From: an uncultured delta proteobacterium
Lineage (GTDB): Bacteria; Myxococcota; Myxococcia; Myxococcales; Anaeromyxobacteraceae
DNA length: 64,000 bases
Reading direction: 5' to 3'
Assembly: GCA_963845515.1 (NCBI GenBank)
Contig: CAWJSR010000050.1
Location: 1-64,000 of the forward strand
Position 1 is the first letter of the stretch; each line of letters opens with the position of its first letter. This document shows, in pieces, positions 18,879 to 32,266 of this stretch. Both the position numbers and the translations under genes were made by a program. Below the pieces are notes generated by a model. The model saw nothing but the letters and a program-made list of their open reading frames with translations, ran no database searches and was not told where the DNA came from.

Positions 18879-19821
18879 GGCTCCTCCAGCGGTATCCCCG
18901 CGACCGCCGCGCGCTCCTCGGGGCGCGCTTCTCGAGAGGGACGGTGGCCGAGGAGGGCGCCGTACACGATGCCCGCCGCCCCGAGCAGCACGCCGACGAC
19001 GGTCCAGGGCGTGATCCGCTCCCCGATGGTGAGCGCCCACGCGTAGCTCGCGATCGGGTTGAGCTGCTGCCAGAGGGCCGCCTCGGGGACCGCGAGCTCA
19101 CCGTAGGACTGGGTCATCAGCAGCTGCGCCCCGAACGCCACCACCCCCATCCCGACGGCCGCGATCCATGGCAGCGGTGACGTGGGCCACGCGCCGCCTG
19201 CGAACGGGAGCGAGACCGCCAGCCCGCCGACGGCGAACGCGAAGAAGATGGTCGGCGCGTTCTCGGTGCGGCGCAGCGCCCGGATCGAGGTGACGGCCGC
19301 GCCGCCGAAGATCGCCGAGACGATGGCGACCGCCTGGCCGAAGCCCAGGTGGAAGGCGGCGTGGCCTCCCCCATGACGAGGTAGACGCCTGCGCTGGCGA
19401 TGGCGAGGGCGACCGCGAGGTGGAGCGTGGGGCGCTCGCGGAGCAGGAAGAAGGAGATGACCACCGCCCAGATCGGGAAGGTGTTGTTGAGGAGCGTGGC
19501 CTCCCCCGGCGAAATGGACGAGATGGCGACGAAGTAGAGGAGGGCCGCCACGCCACCGAAGAGGCCGCGCGCCACCAGGAGCCGGTGCTGGACCGGCCGG
19601 AACGTCCCCGGGCGGGCCCGGAAGAGGAGCGCTACGAAGGCGAGGCCAAGGGCGAAGCGGACGGCGGTGGCCTGCGCGCCGCTCATGCCCCCTGGCCCGC
19701 GCGTTGCCACCTTGGCGAGGACCGCCGAGAGGCCGAAGAGCAGCCCGGAGCCGAAGAGGAGGGTGCGCGCGCCCGCCCGGCGCGCCAGGCGCTCCGCGGC
19801 GCCGAAGGCGGTGACCATCAT
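18875..19821 (-). CDS. EamA/DMT family transporter (tandem paralog), frameshifted near 19368
   Basis: N-half in ORF 19117..19821, C-half in ORF 18875..19840; one G missing from a G-run. Confidence 0.83.
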
Positions 19822-19944
19822 TTCGGGCGGTTCGTATCACGCCCCCGGGGTGGAGTGCACCCTCCGGTCCCGGCGCTCCTCTCGCTGCCGGCTCCTCCCC
19901 GTGACTGGCAAACGGGCGCTCCCGGCGCTAATAACACCGGACGA

Positions 19945-22812
<2,868 letters not shown>

Positions 22813-24270
22813 TCAGGGGTCGACGAAGCGCGCCTCGAACGAGACGCCCCAGCCGGGCCGATCGACCAGCTGGCAGGCCCCGCCGTGCGCCTCCGCGACC
22901 AGGCGGCACAGGTAGAGACCGAGCCCGGCGTTGTGCCACTCCCGGCGCCCCTTGCTCACGTACTTCTCGAAGAGCTTGCCGCGCGCCTCGGGCGGCACCG
23001 GCACCCCGGAGTTGCGGACCGCCAGCCGGATGCCGTCCCCGGTCCGCTCGACCGCCAGCTCGATCCGGTCGCCCTCGCCGACGTACCGGAGAGCGTTCGA
23101 GACCAGGTTCTCGAGGAGGCGGAGGGTGAGGTCGGGATCCAGCGACGAGGTGAGCCCCGCCGTGCCCGTGACCTGTATGGTGACCCCCCGCTCGCGCGCG
23201 CGGGGCCGGTAGGACTCGGCGACGCGCTCCAGCAGCAGCGCGACCGGGGTCTGCTCCCGCCGGAGCGTGAGGCCGCCGCGCTCGAGCCGGTTGACCAGGA
23301 GCAGGTCGCCGATGAGCTTGGCCAGCCGGCGCCCCTCGTCCCCGACCAGCCGGAGGTCGGCCAGGATCTGCGGCGCCGCCCCCGCCTCCTGGAGCTGCGC
23401 CTCGGCGAGCGCCGCGTACTGGAGCAGCGTCGCGAGCGGGTTCTTGAGGTCGTGCACGATGGCCGCGGAGAGCTCCTCGGAGACCGTCCGCGCGTCGAGG
23501 AGGGCGTCTCGCTGAGCGGCGGCCTCTGCCTGCGCGGCGAGCGCCTCCTCCACGCGCCGCTGGGCGATCCAGGCGGCGTGCTGGTCCGCCACCGTGGTCG
23601 AGGCGAGCCGCGCCATCCGCGCCCCCGCCCAGGCTGCCACGCCCGCGAAGACGGCGATCGTCACGCCTACCGCCAGGAGATCGTGGGCGTGGACCCCTGC
23701 GCGGCTGGTCGCCAGGAGCTGGCTGCCGACCCCCGCCGCGCCGACGGCGAGCGCCCCCGTGAGCGGGAGCGTCATGGCCGCCGAGAGGACGAGGAGCTCG
23801 GTGACCGCGACCATGAACGCCGCTGCCGCGACCGCCCCGTCCTGGACGGCGCCTGGCGCCGTCAGGATCCAGCCGCCGGCGGCGAGGCACACCAGGTCGA
23901 GCACGGCGGCGGCGGCCGTCACGCGCGCTGGGCGCCAGCGCGCGTTCAGGAGCGCGACCGCGGCTACCGCCCCAGCGGCGAAGAGCACGTGCACGAGCAG
24001 GCGCACCCGCCCGTTCTCGGCGGAGATGGCCCCGGAGGCCGCGTGGGGCACCAGCGTGCCGGTGACGAGCACCGCGCGTCCCCACGCGACGGTCATCGCG
24101 TTCTTCAGCCGCGCCGCCCTGACCGCGTCGTCGGCGGAGGGCGCGCGCTGCGCGACCCTGAGGGAGGTCTGCGTGAGCGACTGGGTGACCCCGGCCATTC
24201 GCGTCATCGCGAGAGGATCGGGTCCGATCGGTGTCGGTGTCAACGCGCGTCCCCCCGCCAGGTCCACCAT
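22813..24270 (-). CDS. membrane-bound sensor histidine kinase
   Basis: Several TM segments; H-box HDLKNPL, N-box [11 protein letters not shown]-box GLGLY; start may be 24207. Confidence 0.87.
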   Translation of the reverse strand: MVDLAGGRALTPTPIGPDPLAMTRMAGVTQSLTQTSLRVAQRAPSADDAVRAARLKNAMTVAWGRAVLVTGTLVPHAASGAISAENGRVRLLVHVLFAAGAVAAVALLNARWRPARVTAAAAVLDLVCLAAGGWILTAPGAVQDGAVAAAAFMVAVTELLVLSAAMTLPLTGALAVGAAGVGSQLLATSRAGVHAHDLLAVGVTIAVFAGVAAWAGARMARLASTTVADQHAAWIAQRRVEEALAAQAEAAAQRDALLDARTVSEELSAAIVHDLKNPLATLLQYAALAEAQLQEAGAAPQILADLRLVGDEGRRLAKLIGDLLLVNRLERGGLTLRREQTPVALLLERVAESYRPRARERGVTIQVTGTAGLTSSLDPDLTLRLLENLVSNALRYVGEGDRIELAVERTGDGIRLAVRNSGVPVPPEARGKLFEKYVSKGRREWHNAGLGLYLCRLVAEAHGGACQLVDRPGWGVSFEARFVDP

Positions 24271-24355
24271 CGCGACCCGGTCGCGGGTAGACTGTGCTCC
24301 GGCGGGGCGCCGCCGTTTGACCCGGCGCTCCCCCTTGCGCTACGAGTCGCGCCCG

Positions 24356-24778
24356 ATGCCCGAGTATCGAAACCCCTCCCCCACGGTCGACGTGGTCATC
24401 CTCCTGCCGGGCGACCGCGTCGTCCTGGTGGAGCGCCGCAACCCTCCGCCCGGCTGGGCCATCCCCGGTGGCTTCGTCGACGAGGGGGAGACCGTCGAGG
24501 CGGCGGCCGTCCGCGAGGCCGCTGAGGAGACCGGCCTCGACGTCCGGCTCGAGGAGCTCCTCTACGTCTACTCCGACCCGCGCCGGGATCCGCGAAAGCA
24601 CACACTCTCCGCCGTCTTCATCGGCCGCGCCGACGGCGAGCCCAGGGGTGGTGACGACGCCGCGCAGGCCCGCGCGTTCCCCTGGGACGCGCTCCCGGCA
24701 CCGCTCGCCTTCGACCACGCCGAGATCCTCGCCGACGCGCGCCGCTTCCTCCTGACCGGAGCACGCCCCCGCCCATGA
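24356..24778 (+). CDS. NUDIX hydrolase
   Basis: Nudix box [33 protein letters not shown]. Confidence 0.92.
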   Translation: MPEYRNPSPTVDVVILLPGDRVVLVERRNPPPGWAIPGGFVDEGETVEAAAVREAAEETGLDVRLEELLYVYSDPRRDPRKHTLSAVFIGRADGEPRGGDDAAQARAFPWDALPAPLAFDHAEILADARRFLLTGARPRP

Positions 24779-25338
24779 ACGAGCCCGTCACGCTCGGCGC
24801 AGCCGACAGGGCCGCGCTCCTCGGGATCGCCCGGGGCACCGTCCTGCACCTCCTGGGCGCGGCCGCGCCGCCCGCCCTGCCAACGACCGGCCCGCTGGCA
24901 GAGCCGCGTGGAGCGTTCGTGACGCTCCACGTCGACGGAGAGCTCCGCGGCTGCATCGGCACCTTCGCGCCGCGCGGCTCGCTCGCCCAGACCGTGGCCG
25001 AGATGGCGAAGGCGGCGGCCACGGCGGATCCCCGTTTCACGCGGCTGCGGCCCGACGAGCTGGCCGCCCTCGACATCTCCATCTCCGCGCTCCGGACACC
25101 CCACCTCCTGGAGGACCGCTCCAGGATCGAGGTGGGCGTGCACGGGCTGCTGGTCCGCAAGGGCTGGAGCCGCGGCGTGCTCCTGCCGAAGGTGGCGGTG
25201 GAGCAGGGCTGGGACGGACCCACCTTCCTGAAGCACGCGTGCCTCAAGGCCGGGCTGCCGGCCATCGCGGCGCGAGATCCCGAGCTCGTGGTCGAGGTCT
25301 TCGAGGCCGAGGAGTTCGGAGAGGAGCAGCCATCGTGA
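24775..25338 (+). CDS. AMMECR1-domain protein (AmmeMemoRadiSam protein A)
   Basis: [31 protein letters not shown]. Confidence 0.9.
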   Translation: MNEPVTLGAADRAALLGIARGTVLHLLGAAAPPALPTTGPLAEPRGAFVTLHVDGELRGCIGTFAPRGSLAQTVAEMAKAAATADPRFTRLRPDELAALDISISALRTPHLLEDRSRIEVGVHGLLVRKGWSRGVLLPKVAVEQGWDGPTFLKHACLKAGLPAIAARDPELVVEVFEAEEFGEEQPS

Positions 25339-26411
25339 GCTTCCTGCAGAACGCGGTGACCATGATCCCCGCGATCATCGCCGCCGTCCTCGCCTTCGCC
25401 TTCCTGATCGTCGTGCACGAGCTCGGGCACGCGCTGGCGGCGCGCGCGGTGGGGATGAAGATCGTCCGCTTCAGCGTCGGCTACGGGAAGGTCCTGTGGT
25501 CCTTCAAGCTCGGGGAGACCGAGGTCGCCCTCTCGTCGATCCCCGTGGGCGGCTACTGCTGGATCGGCGGCATGATCCCCGAGGACGGCGTCGATCCGGC
25601 ATCGCCGCGCGCCTGGCTGAACCAGCACGCGTGGCGGCGGACCCTGGCGATCGCCGCCGGCCCCGTCGCGAGCTACGCCGGGGCGGTCTTCGTGGCGGCC
25701 GTCCTCTTCGTCACGGTCGGCCTGCGCGTCCCGGTCCAGGGCCCCTGGGTCGGCGACCTGCTCCCGGACTCCCCGGCCATGGCGGCGGGGCTCCAGCCGG
25801 GCGACCGGATCCTGTCGATCGGCGGCGCGCCGGTCGAGAGCTGGGAGGACATGCTCGCCGGCATCCAGAAGAACCCCGGCAAGACGGTGGAGATCGTCGT
25901 CTCCCGTGGCGAGGGCGCAGCCGCAGAGCGCGTCGTCCTCTCGCTCACGCCGCGGGACGACGGGGGCGTCGGGAGGGCCGGGTTCGGCCAGCACTCCAGG
26001 CCCGAGCGGCGGCCCCTCGGCGCCGCCATCACCGAGGCGTTCCACCACACGAACGTCGCCATGGCCGCCCAGACCAGGGGGATGCTGCGCGCCTTCTCCG
26101 GAAAGGCGAGCACCTCGGAGCTGTCCGGCCCGCTCGACATCGGGCGCACGCTCGCGAAGGGCGCGCGGATGGGGCCGGAGCGGTTCTTCACCATCATCTG
26201 GATCCTCTCGGTCGCGCTGGCCGTCCTGAACCTGCTCCCCCTTCCGCCGCTCGACGGCGGGAAGCTGGTCTTCCTGCTCTGGGAGCTCGTGACGGGGCGT
26301 CGCGCGAGCCAGCGGATCGAGGCGGCCGTGTCCTGGGTCGGCTTCATCCTCCTCGCCACGCTCATGCTCGGCGTGACGATCTTCGGCGACATCCCCAGGC
26401 TCCTTCGCTGA
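25335..26411 (+). CDS. rseP: RIP metalloprotease RseP (M50, PDZ)
   Basis: HELGH, PDZ (SPAMAAGLQPGDRI), NLLPLPPLDGG. Confidence 0.88.
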   Translation: MSFLQNAVTMIPAIIAAVLAFAFLIVVHELGHALAARAVGMKIVRFSVGYGKVLWSFKLGETEVALSSIPVGGYCWIGGMIPEDGVDPASPRAWLNQHAWRRTLAIAAGPVASYAGAVFVAAVLFVTVGLRVPVQGPWVGDLLPDSPAMAAGLQPGDRILSIGGAPVESWEDMLAGIQKNPGKTVEIVVSRGEGAAAERVVLSLTPRDDGGVGRAGFGQHSRPERRPLGAAITEAFHHTNVAMAAQTRGMLRAFSGKASTSELSGPLDIGRTLAKGARMGPERFFTIIWILSVALAVLNLLPLPPLDGGKLVFLLWELVTGRRASQRIEAAVSWVGFILLATLMLGVTIFGDIPRLLR

Positions 26412-26420
26412 CCCAGGCCA

Positions 26421-27074
26421 ATGGCGATCCAGGTCCTCTTCTTCGCCCTCACCCGCGACGTCGCAGGCGGGTCCACCGTGGAGCTGGAGCCGGCTCCGGC
26501 CACCGTCGGTGAGCTCCGGGACCGCCTCCTCGCGCTCCACCCCGGCCTCGCGCGGATCCTGCCGCGCTGCCGCATCGCCGTGGACCAGGAGTTCGCCGAC
26601 GACGCGACCCCACTGACCGACGGGGCCGAGGTGGCGCTCATACCGCCGGTCTCCGGCGGCGCGGGGCGGTGCAGGGTGGTCGACCGTCCGCTCGTGCTCG
26701 CCGAGGTGCTCGACGCCGTGCAGCGCCCCGACCGCGGCGGCATCGTGACCTTCACCGGCGTGGTGCGAGGGGAGACCTCGGGCAGGCGGGTGGTCCGGCT
26801 GGAGTACGAGGGCTACTCCGCGATGGCGGAGAGGAAGCTCGAGGAGATCGCCGCCGCCATCGAGCTGGAGACGGGGGCGCTCGTCGCCATCACCCACCGG
26901 GTCGGGACCCTCCTCCCGGGAGAGGCCGCGGTGGTGATCGCCTGTGCCGCCCCTCACCGGGGGGCCGCGTTCCGCGCGTGCGAGACCGCCATCGAGCGGC
27001 TCAAGCACGACGTGCCCATCTGGAAGCGAGAGTTCTTCGAGGACGGGTCCGAGTGGATCGGCTCCGGTCCTTAG
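26421..27074 (+). CDS. fused molybdopterin synthase MoaD-MoaE
   Basis: MoaD (VLFFA..AVDQEF..IPPVSGG) continues in frame into MoaE (FTGVVR, LEYEGY, HRVG, VPIWKRE). Confidence 0.92.
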   Translation: MAIQVLFFALTRDVAGGSTVELEPAPATVGELRDRLLALHPGLARILPRCRIAVDQEFADDATPLTDGAEVALIPPVSGGAGRCRVVDRPLVLAEVLDAVQRPDRGGIVTFTGVVRGETSGRRVVRLEYEGYSAMAERKLEEIAAAIELETGALVAITHRVGTLLPGEAAVVIACAAPHRGAAFRACETAIERLKHDVPIWKREFFEDGSEWIGSGP

Positions 27075-27102
27075 CGCCCCCGTCTGCTATCTTCGGAGCC
27101 CG

Positions 27103-27462
27103 GTGAAGATCCTGCTTGCCGACGACGACCGCCTGGTGCGGACCATCGTGAGCGACCTCCTCGAGGAGCTCGGCCACGACGTCGTGCAGGCCGAGAACGG
27201 GCAGCAGGTGGTTGAGCTCGCGGTGTCCGCCCACCCGGATCTGATGATCCTCGACTTCCTGATGCCGAGGCTCTCGGGGATCGACGCCCTCCGCCAACTG
27301 CGCGCAGCCGGCCAGCGGACGCCTGCCATCATCCTGACGGCCATCACCGACGGCAGCATCCGCGGCGTGGACGGCGCCGAGGCAGCCGATGGCTTCCTGG
27401 AGAAGCCCGTCTCGCGCCGATCCCTGGAGCGCGCGCTGGCGCGCATCGGCAACGCCCGATGA
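27103..27462 (+). CDS. single-domain response regulator
   Basis: ILLADDD..ILDFLMP..LEKP. Confidence 0.88.
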   Translation: MKILLADDDRLVRTIVSDLLEELGHDVVQAENGQQVVELAVSAHPDLMILDFLMPRLSGIDALRQLRAAGQRTPAIILTAITDGSIRGVDGAEAADGFLEKPVSRRSLERALARIGNAR

Positions 27463-28415
27463 GGCTCTTCCGGACGTTCCTGTGGCTGACGCTGGTCGCC
27501 AGCCTGCTCCCCACGTCGCTCGCCGCCTACCTGCTCTACCGGGAACGCGGCCACCTCCCGGCGTGGACCGCCGCCGCGTTCGGTGTCGCCATCGTGGTGG
27601 CCCTCGCGGTCTCGGGGTACGTGGCAGGGAGGCTCACGCACCCGCTGCGCGAGTGCGTCCGCGGCGCGCTCGAGATCGCGCGCGGCCGCTTCGGCTCGCA
27701 GGTGGACGTGACGGTCCACAACGAGATCGGTGACCTCGCGTACACGTTCAACCACATGTCTCGCGAGCTGGCCTCCTACGACGGAGAGAACCGCCGGCTC
27801 ATAGCGGCGCTCGAGCGGGGCTACGTCGACACCATCCGCAGCCTCGCGAGCGCCATAGACGCGAAGGATCCGTACACCCGCGGCCACTCCGAGCGCGTGG
27901 CCATGCTCGCGGTCGAGATCGGCAGGGAGCTGGGACTCCCGGACTCAGACCTGCACACCCTCGAGTTCGGCGGCATCCTCCACGACATCGGCAAGATCGG
28001 CGTCCCCGAGGCCATCCTCCAGAAGCGCGCCCACCTCGACCCGTCGGAGACCGCGCTCGTGCGCGCCCATCCGACCATCGGCGCCGAGATCGTGGGCGGC
28101 GTGGAGTTCCTCCAGCACGCCCTCCCCGCCATCCGGAGCCACCACGAGCGGTGGGACGGGACCGGCTACCCCGACGGACTCGCCGGGGAGGCGATCCCGC
28201 GCCTGGCCAGGGTCATAAACGCTGCGGACACCTGGGACGCCTGCTCGTCGGACAGGCCGTACCAGGAGAAGATGACGCCGGCCCAGGTCATCCGGATCCT
28301 GCGCGAGCTGAAGGGCCGGCAGATCGACCCCGCCGTCCACGACGCCCTGGTCCGCGTCGTCGAACGCCGGGCGCCGCTCGAAGAAATTCTTCCGCCCCCC
28401 GCCGGGGACGCGTAG
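27459..28415 (+). CDS. HAMP + HD-GYP c-di-GMP phosphodiesterase
   Basis: Two TM, HAMP (NEIGDLAYTFNHM), DAKDPYTRGHSERV, HDIGK, HHERWDGTGYP. Confidence 0.9.
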   Translation: MRLFRTFLWLTLVASLLPTSLAAYLLYRERGHLPAWTAAAFGVAIVVALAVSGYVAGRLTHPLRECVRGALEIARGRFGSQVDVTVHNEIGDLAYTFNHMSRELASYDGENRRLIAALERGYVDTIRSLASAIDAKDPYTRGHSERVAMLAVEIGRELGLPDSDLHTLEFGGILHDIGKIGVPEAILQKRAHLDPSETALVRAHPTIGAEIVGGVEFLQHALPAIRSHHERWDGTGYPDGLAGEAIPRLARVINAADTWDACSSDRPYQEKMTPAQVIRILRELKGRQIDPAVHDALVRVVERRAPLEEILPPPAGDA

Positions 28416-28425
28416 ATTTCCCCAC

Positions 28426-30015
28426 ATGACGACTGTGGCAAGGTTGACCGCGGCAGTTGCGCTCGCGCTCTCTGGTCCTGCGGCCATGGCCGACGACCCT
28501 GCCGCGCGCGGCTTCGACGCGGACACTACGCACCCGGCGCTCGGGGTGACCCGAGGCATCGCGGTCGAGACCGCGAGCGGCGCGACGGCGGGGAGCTGGG
28601 CTGCCGGGCTTCGGCTCGACTGGCTGCAGGGCTTCCTGGCGCTCACGGTGGACGACCAGCGCGACCAGCTGCTCGAGAGCCGGCTCACCGGCCACCTGAT
28701 GGGCGTGCGCGCGTTCCGCTGGTTCGAGCTGGCCGCCGACCTCCCGGTCATCCTCTACCAGAGCGCGGACTTCTCGCTCCTCACCGACCGCAACGTGACG
28801 GGGCCGCTCGTCGACCCGGTGGCGAGCGCCGCGCTCGGCGACCTCCGGCTGATCGGGAAGGTCCCGATCCTCGGCGCCGATCGCTTCCCCATCGGCCTCG
28901 CGGCGCTCCTCGAGCTCCGGCTTCCCACCGGAGACCCGAAGGCCTTCGCCTCCGACGGCACGCTCTTCGCCCCCACCGTCGTGGCGAGCCGACCGCTCGG
29001 GCCGGTCCGGCTGGACGCGCAGCTCGGCTACCAGTTCCGCGACCAGGGCCAGTACGCGCAGCTGGTGGTCCACGACGCGGTCGCCTGGGGCCTCGGCGCC
29101 TCGACGGCCCTGCCCGCGGTCGGCCCGCTCAAGGACTGGCGCGCGCACGCGGAGCTGGTGGGCGCGTGGCCGCGCGGTGACGACCTGAACACGGCTCGCT
29201 ACCGGTCCCCGCTCTCGGCCATCGCCGGGGTTCGCGTCGGCCTCGGCGGCGGCTGGGAGCTCGAGGCCGGCGGCTCGACGGGGCTCGGCCCCGCAGGCTA
29301 CGGCAACGAGTCCTGGCGCGTCTTCTGCGGGCTCAGGTTCGCCCACGTGGGCAGCGACGCCGACGGGGACGGCGTCCTGGACGACGACGACTGGTGCCCG
29401 AACAAGGTGGGGCTGCGGGGCAACCACGGCTGCCCCGAGGGGCCGATCAACCTCGACGCCGACGGCGACGGCGTGAAGCTGCCGATCGACAAGTGCCCGG
29501 ACGCGCCAGGCACGCCTGAGATGGACGGCTGCCCCGACACCGACTTCGACTTCATCCCGGACCCTCAGGACGCCTGCCCCAAGGAAGCCGGCCCGGCCAC
29601 CAACGACGGCTGCCCCATCGGCGAGGAGCCGCTCGTCGAGCTCGAGGCAGAGAAGCTCTCGCTCAAGGACGCGATCAACTTCGAGACGGGAAAGGACAAC
29701 ATCCTGCCGAAGTCGAATCGGATCCTCGACTCGATCGCGCTCATCCTCAAGAACAACCCTGACCTCAAGCGGGTCCGCGTCGAGGGACACACCGACAACA
29801 TCGGCTCCGCGACGTACAACAGGGACCTCTCCCAGCGGCGCGCGCAGTCGGTCGTGAACGCCATGGTGGCTCGCGGCATCGCCGTGGAGAGGCTCCTGCC
29901 TGCGGGCTACGGCTTCGACCGGCCTGTGGCGAGCAACGAGTCGGCCAAGGGGCGCGCGCTGAACCGGCGTGTCGAGTTCACGATCCTTCGCGAGGGCGAG
30001 GGCGTCGAGAAGTGA
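28426..30015 (+). CDS. OmpA-family outer-membrane protein with thrombospondin type-3 repeats
   Basis: Signal peptide, beta-rich N-domain, DxDGDG..D.CP repeats, VEGHTD..LSQRRAQSV..NRRVEF. Confidence 0.9.
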   Translation: MTTVARLTAAVALALSGPAAMADDPAARGFDADTTHPALGVTRGIAVETASGATAGSWAAGLRLDWLQGFLALTVDDQRDQLLESRLTGHLMGVRAFRWFELAADLPVILYQSADFSLLTDRNVTGPLVDPVASAALGDLRLIGKVPILGADRFPIGLAALLELRLPTGDPKAFASDGTLFAPTVVASRPLGPVRLDAQLGYQFRDQGQYAQLVVHDAVAWGLGASTALPAVGPLKDWRAHAELVGAWPRGDDLNTARYRSPLSAIAGVRVGLGGGWELEAGGSTGLGPAGYGNESWRVFCGLRFAHVGSDADGDGVLDDDDWCPNKVGLRGNHGCPEGPINLDADGDGVKLPIDKCPDAPGTPEMDGCPDTDFDFIPDPQDACPKEAGPATNDGCPIGEEPLVELEAEKLSLKDAINFETGKDNILPKSNRILDSIALILKNNPDLKRVRVEGHTDNIGSATYNRDLSQRRAQSVVNAMVARGIAVERLLPAGYGFDRPVASNESAKGRALNRRVEFTILREGEGVEK

Positions 30016-30659
30016 CGCCCGGCGACCCCGGACGGCGCGTCGCGGTCCTCGACCTGGACGGCACGCTGGTCGACTCGTTCGCCGACCTCGCGGGGTCGGT
30101 GAACCATGCGCTGAGGGCGGTCGGGCTCGCCGCCCGGCCGCCCGAAGAGATCCGGGCCTTCATCGGGGAGGGGGCGCGCCTCCTCCTCGAGCGGGCCGTC
30201 GATCCGCACCTCCACCTCCTGGAGCCTGCGCTCGCCGCCTGGTGGGAGCACTACGAGCGCCACTGCCTCGATCGGACCGAGCTCTTCCCGGGCATGGCCG
30301 ACGCGCTCGCCGGGGCGGGGCGCGTGCTGGCGGTCCACACCAACAAGCCGGGGCGGCTCGCGCGGAAGATCCTCGACGGGCTCGGCGTCGGCCAGCGGTT
30401 CGCAGCGGTGCTGGGAGGCGACGAGGCCCCACGAAAGCCTGATCCGAGCGGCACGCTCGACCTCGTCTCGCGCCTCGGAGGCAGCGCGGGGGAGGCCGTC
30501 TTCGTAGGCGACAGCCTGATCGACGCGCGGACGGCCAGTGCCGCTGGCATCCCCTTCGTGGCGGTCACCTGGGGCTTCGGCGCGCGCGACGCGCTGGCGG
30601 CGCGCAGCCCCGCCGCGATCGTCGACGCCGTGGCCGGCCTCGCCCCCTGGCTCGACTGA
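30012..30659 (+). CDS. HAD hydrolase, phosphoglycolate phosphatase-like
   Basis: DLDGTLVDS, TNKP, KPDP, VGDS..D. Confidence 0.87.
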   Translation: MTPGDPGRRVAVLDLDGTLVDSFADLAGSVNHALRAVGLAARPPEEIRAFIGEGARLLLERAVDPHLHLLEPALAAWWEHYERHCLDRTELFPGMADALAGAGRVLAVHTNKPGRLARKILDGLGVGQRFAAVLGGDEAPRKPDPSGTLDLVSRLGGSAGEAVFVGDSLIDARTASAAGIPFVAVTWGFGARDALAARSPAAIVDAVAGLAPWLD

Positions 30660-30723
30660 GCTCGCCTCCCCCGTTCGCCCCCGGAAAGTTGCCCAGCCGC
30701 CGCTCCGATGTTACGCGAGGAGC

Positions 30724-31020
30724 ATGTTCAAGCTCCTCAAGCTGGCCCTCGTCGTCGGCGCCCTCGCTGCCGTCTGGATGCTGGTGCCGGTCGGGGGAAG
30801 GACGCTCGGGGCGCGCTGGAGGGCCGCAGGCGACGCCGAGGCGTTCGTGGTCGCGGGCTGGGGCGAGCTCAGGCGCGCCTTCGCGGCCTCGCCCGCGCCG
30901 AAGCAGAAGACGCCTCCGGCGCAGCCAAGGGGCGCCGACCGGGCACGCCCCGCCGAGCAGCACACCGAGCGGGACAGGCAGGCGGTCGACCGGATCGTCG
31001 CCGAGCACCTCGGCAAGTAG
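30724..31020 (+). CDS. small hypothetical protein with N-terminal TM
   Basis: MFKLLKLALVVGALAAVWMLVP.., GAGGAG RBS. Confidence 0.7.
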   Translation: MFKLLKLALVVGALAAVWMLVPVGGRTLGARWRAAGDAEAFVVAGWGELRRAFAASPAPKQKTPPAQPRGADRARPAEQHTERDRQAVDRIVAEHLGK

Positions 31021-31171
31021 CGCTGGCGCCGCCGCACCGCGCTGGAGCGCCCGGCCTTCGGGGGTCCCAGCCCGTTGCCAATCGCTGCAGGGTCGGGTTA
31101 AGTAGCGCCCTCTCGCGCCCGCAAGGGCGGCGCGCAAAGCTTTCGAAGAACGAAGCCCGAGGAACGACTAC

Positions 31172-31471
31172 ATGGCAGAGACCAAGAAGACGACCACGAA
31201 GAAGAAGGCTCCCGCTGCTAAGAGCGCCGGCAAGAAGACCTGCACGGTCGCCGGCTGCAAGCGCGCGTACCGCGCGAAGGGCTTCTGCTTCTTCCACTAC
31301 AAGAAGTGGCGGCGCAGCGAGCTCGAGGCGGCCGTGGCCGCTCCGCGCCGCTGGAAGGCCTGCTCCAAGCCGGAGTGCAAGAAGAAGGTAGCCGAGCACG
31401 GCCTCTGCAAGGATCACTTCGAGGCCTGGAAGAAGTCCCGCAAGAAGAACGCCGCTCCCGCGGCGGCCTAG
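31172..31471 (+). CDS. Lys-rich double CCCH zinc-finger protein, VegA (vegetative protein)-like
   Basis: Two C-x4-C-x9-C-x2-H motifs and histone-H1-like Lys/Ala tails. Confidence 0.7.
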   Translation: MAETKKTTTKKKAPAAKSAGKKTCTVAGCKRAYRAKGFCFFHYKKWRRSELEAAVAAPRRWKACSKPECKKKVAEHGLCKDHFEAWKKSRKKNAAPAAA

Positions 31472-31479
31472 GCCGGCCC

Positions 31480-32238
31480 TCAGCCGCGCTTCAGGCGACG
31501 CTCGAGCGCCCGGACCGCCGCCACGAGGAGCTCAACCTCCCGCTGCGTCGGTTCGGCGCGCGCGAGCAGGCGCCTCCAGTCCGACAGGATGTGCTCCGGG
31601 TTCTGCGGGTTCAGGTAGCCAGCGTGGGTGAGGAGCCCCCCTAGCTGCTCCCAGAGCGCCTCGACGGTGCGGTGGCGCGCCGGCTCCTCCAGCCCCTCGT
31701 CGGGGTCATCCGCCAGTGGCAGCTGCCCGACCTCGTAGGAGACCACGGCGACCGCCTGCGCCAGGTTCATGGAGTCGTAGTCGGCGCTGGTCGGGATGGT
31801 GCAGACCGCCTGGCAGAGGTCCAGCTCGGCGTCGGACAGCCCCCTCCGCTCCTCGCCGAAGACCAGGGCCACCTCGCCGTTCCGTGACCTGGAGGCGACC
31901 TCGGCCGCAAGCTCCCTCGGCGAAAGCCGCGGGCGCCCCGGGAGGAGCCTGGAGGTGGTGCCGCAGACCCAGGTGGCGCCTGCCACCGCGTCGCGGAGGT
32001 CCGCGTGGAACGTCGCGGCCTCGAGCAGGTCCGACGCGTGACGCGCCAGCCTGGCAGCGCGCTCCAGGACGCTGGCGCGCACACCCTCCCCTCCGGTCCG
32101 GGGGAGCCCCTCCCAGGCCGGGGGCTCCACGACGGCCAGCCGCCTGAGGCCGAAGTTCTTCATGACCCGGGCCGCCGCGCCGAAGTTCTCGGCGTTCTGG
32201 GGGCGGTGAAGGACGACTCTCACTTTTTCACGATCCAT
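31480..32238 (-). CDS. TrmJ/LasT family RNA methyltransferase (SPOUT)
   Basis: NFGAAARVMKNFG, LVFGEERRGL, SMNLAQAV. Confidence 0.88.
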   Translation of the reverse strand: MDREKVRVVLHRPQNAENFGAAARVMKNFGLRRLAVVEPPAWEGLPRTGGEGVRASVLERAARLARHASDLLEAATFHADLRDAVAGATWVCGTTSRLLPGRPRLSPRELAAEVASRSRNGEVALVFGEERRGLSDAELDLCQAVCTIPTSADYDSMNLAQAVAVVSYEVGQLPLADDPDEGLEEPARHRTVEALWEQLGGLLTHAGYLNPQNPEHILSDWRRLLARAEPTQREVELLVAAVRALERRLKRG

Positions 32239-32266
32239 TTGGCTCGCCCCATATAACATCGCGGCC

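Noticed and set aside
19860..19944. LexA box upstream of uvrA
   Set aside because: No match to a LexA consensus I can support
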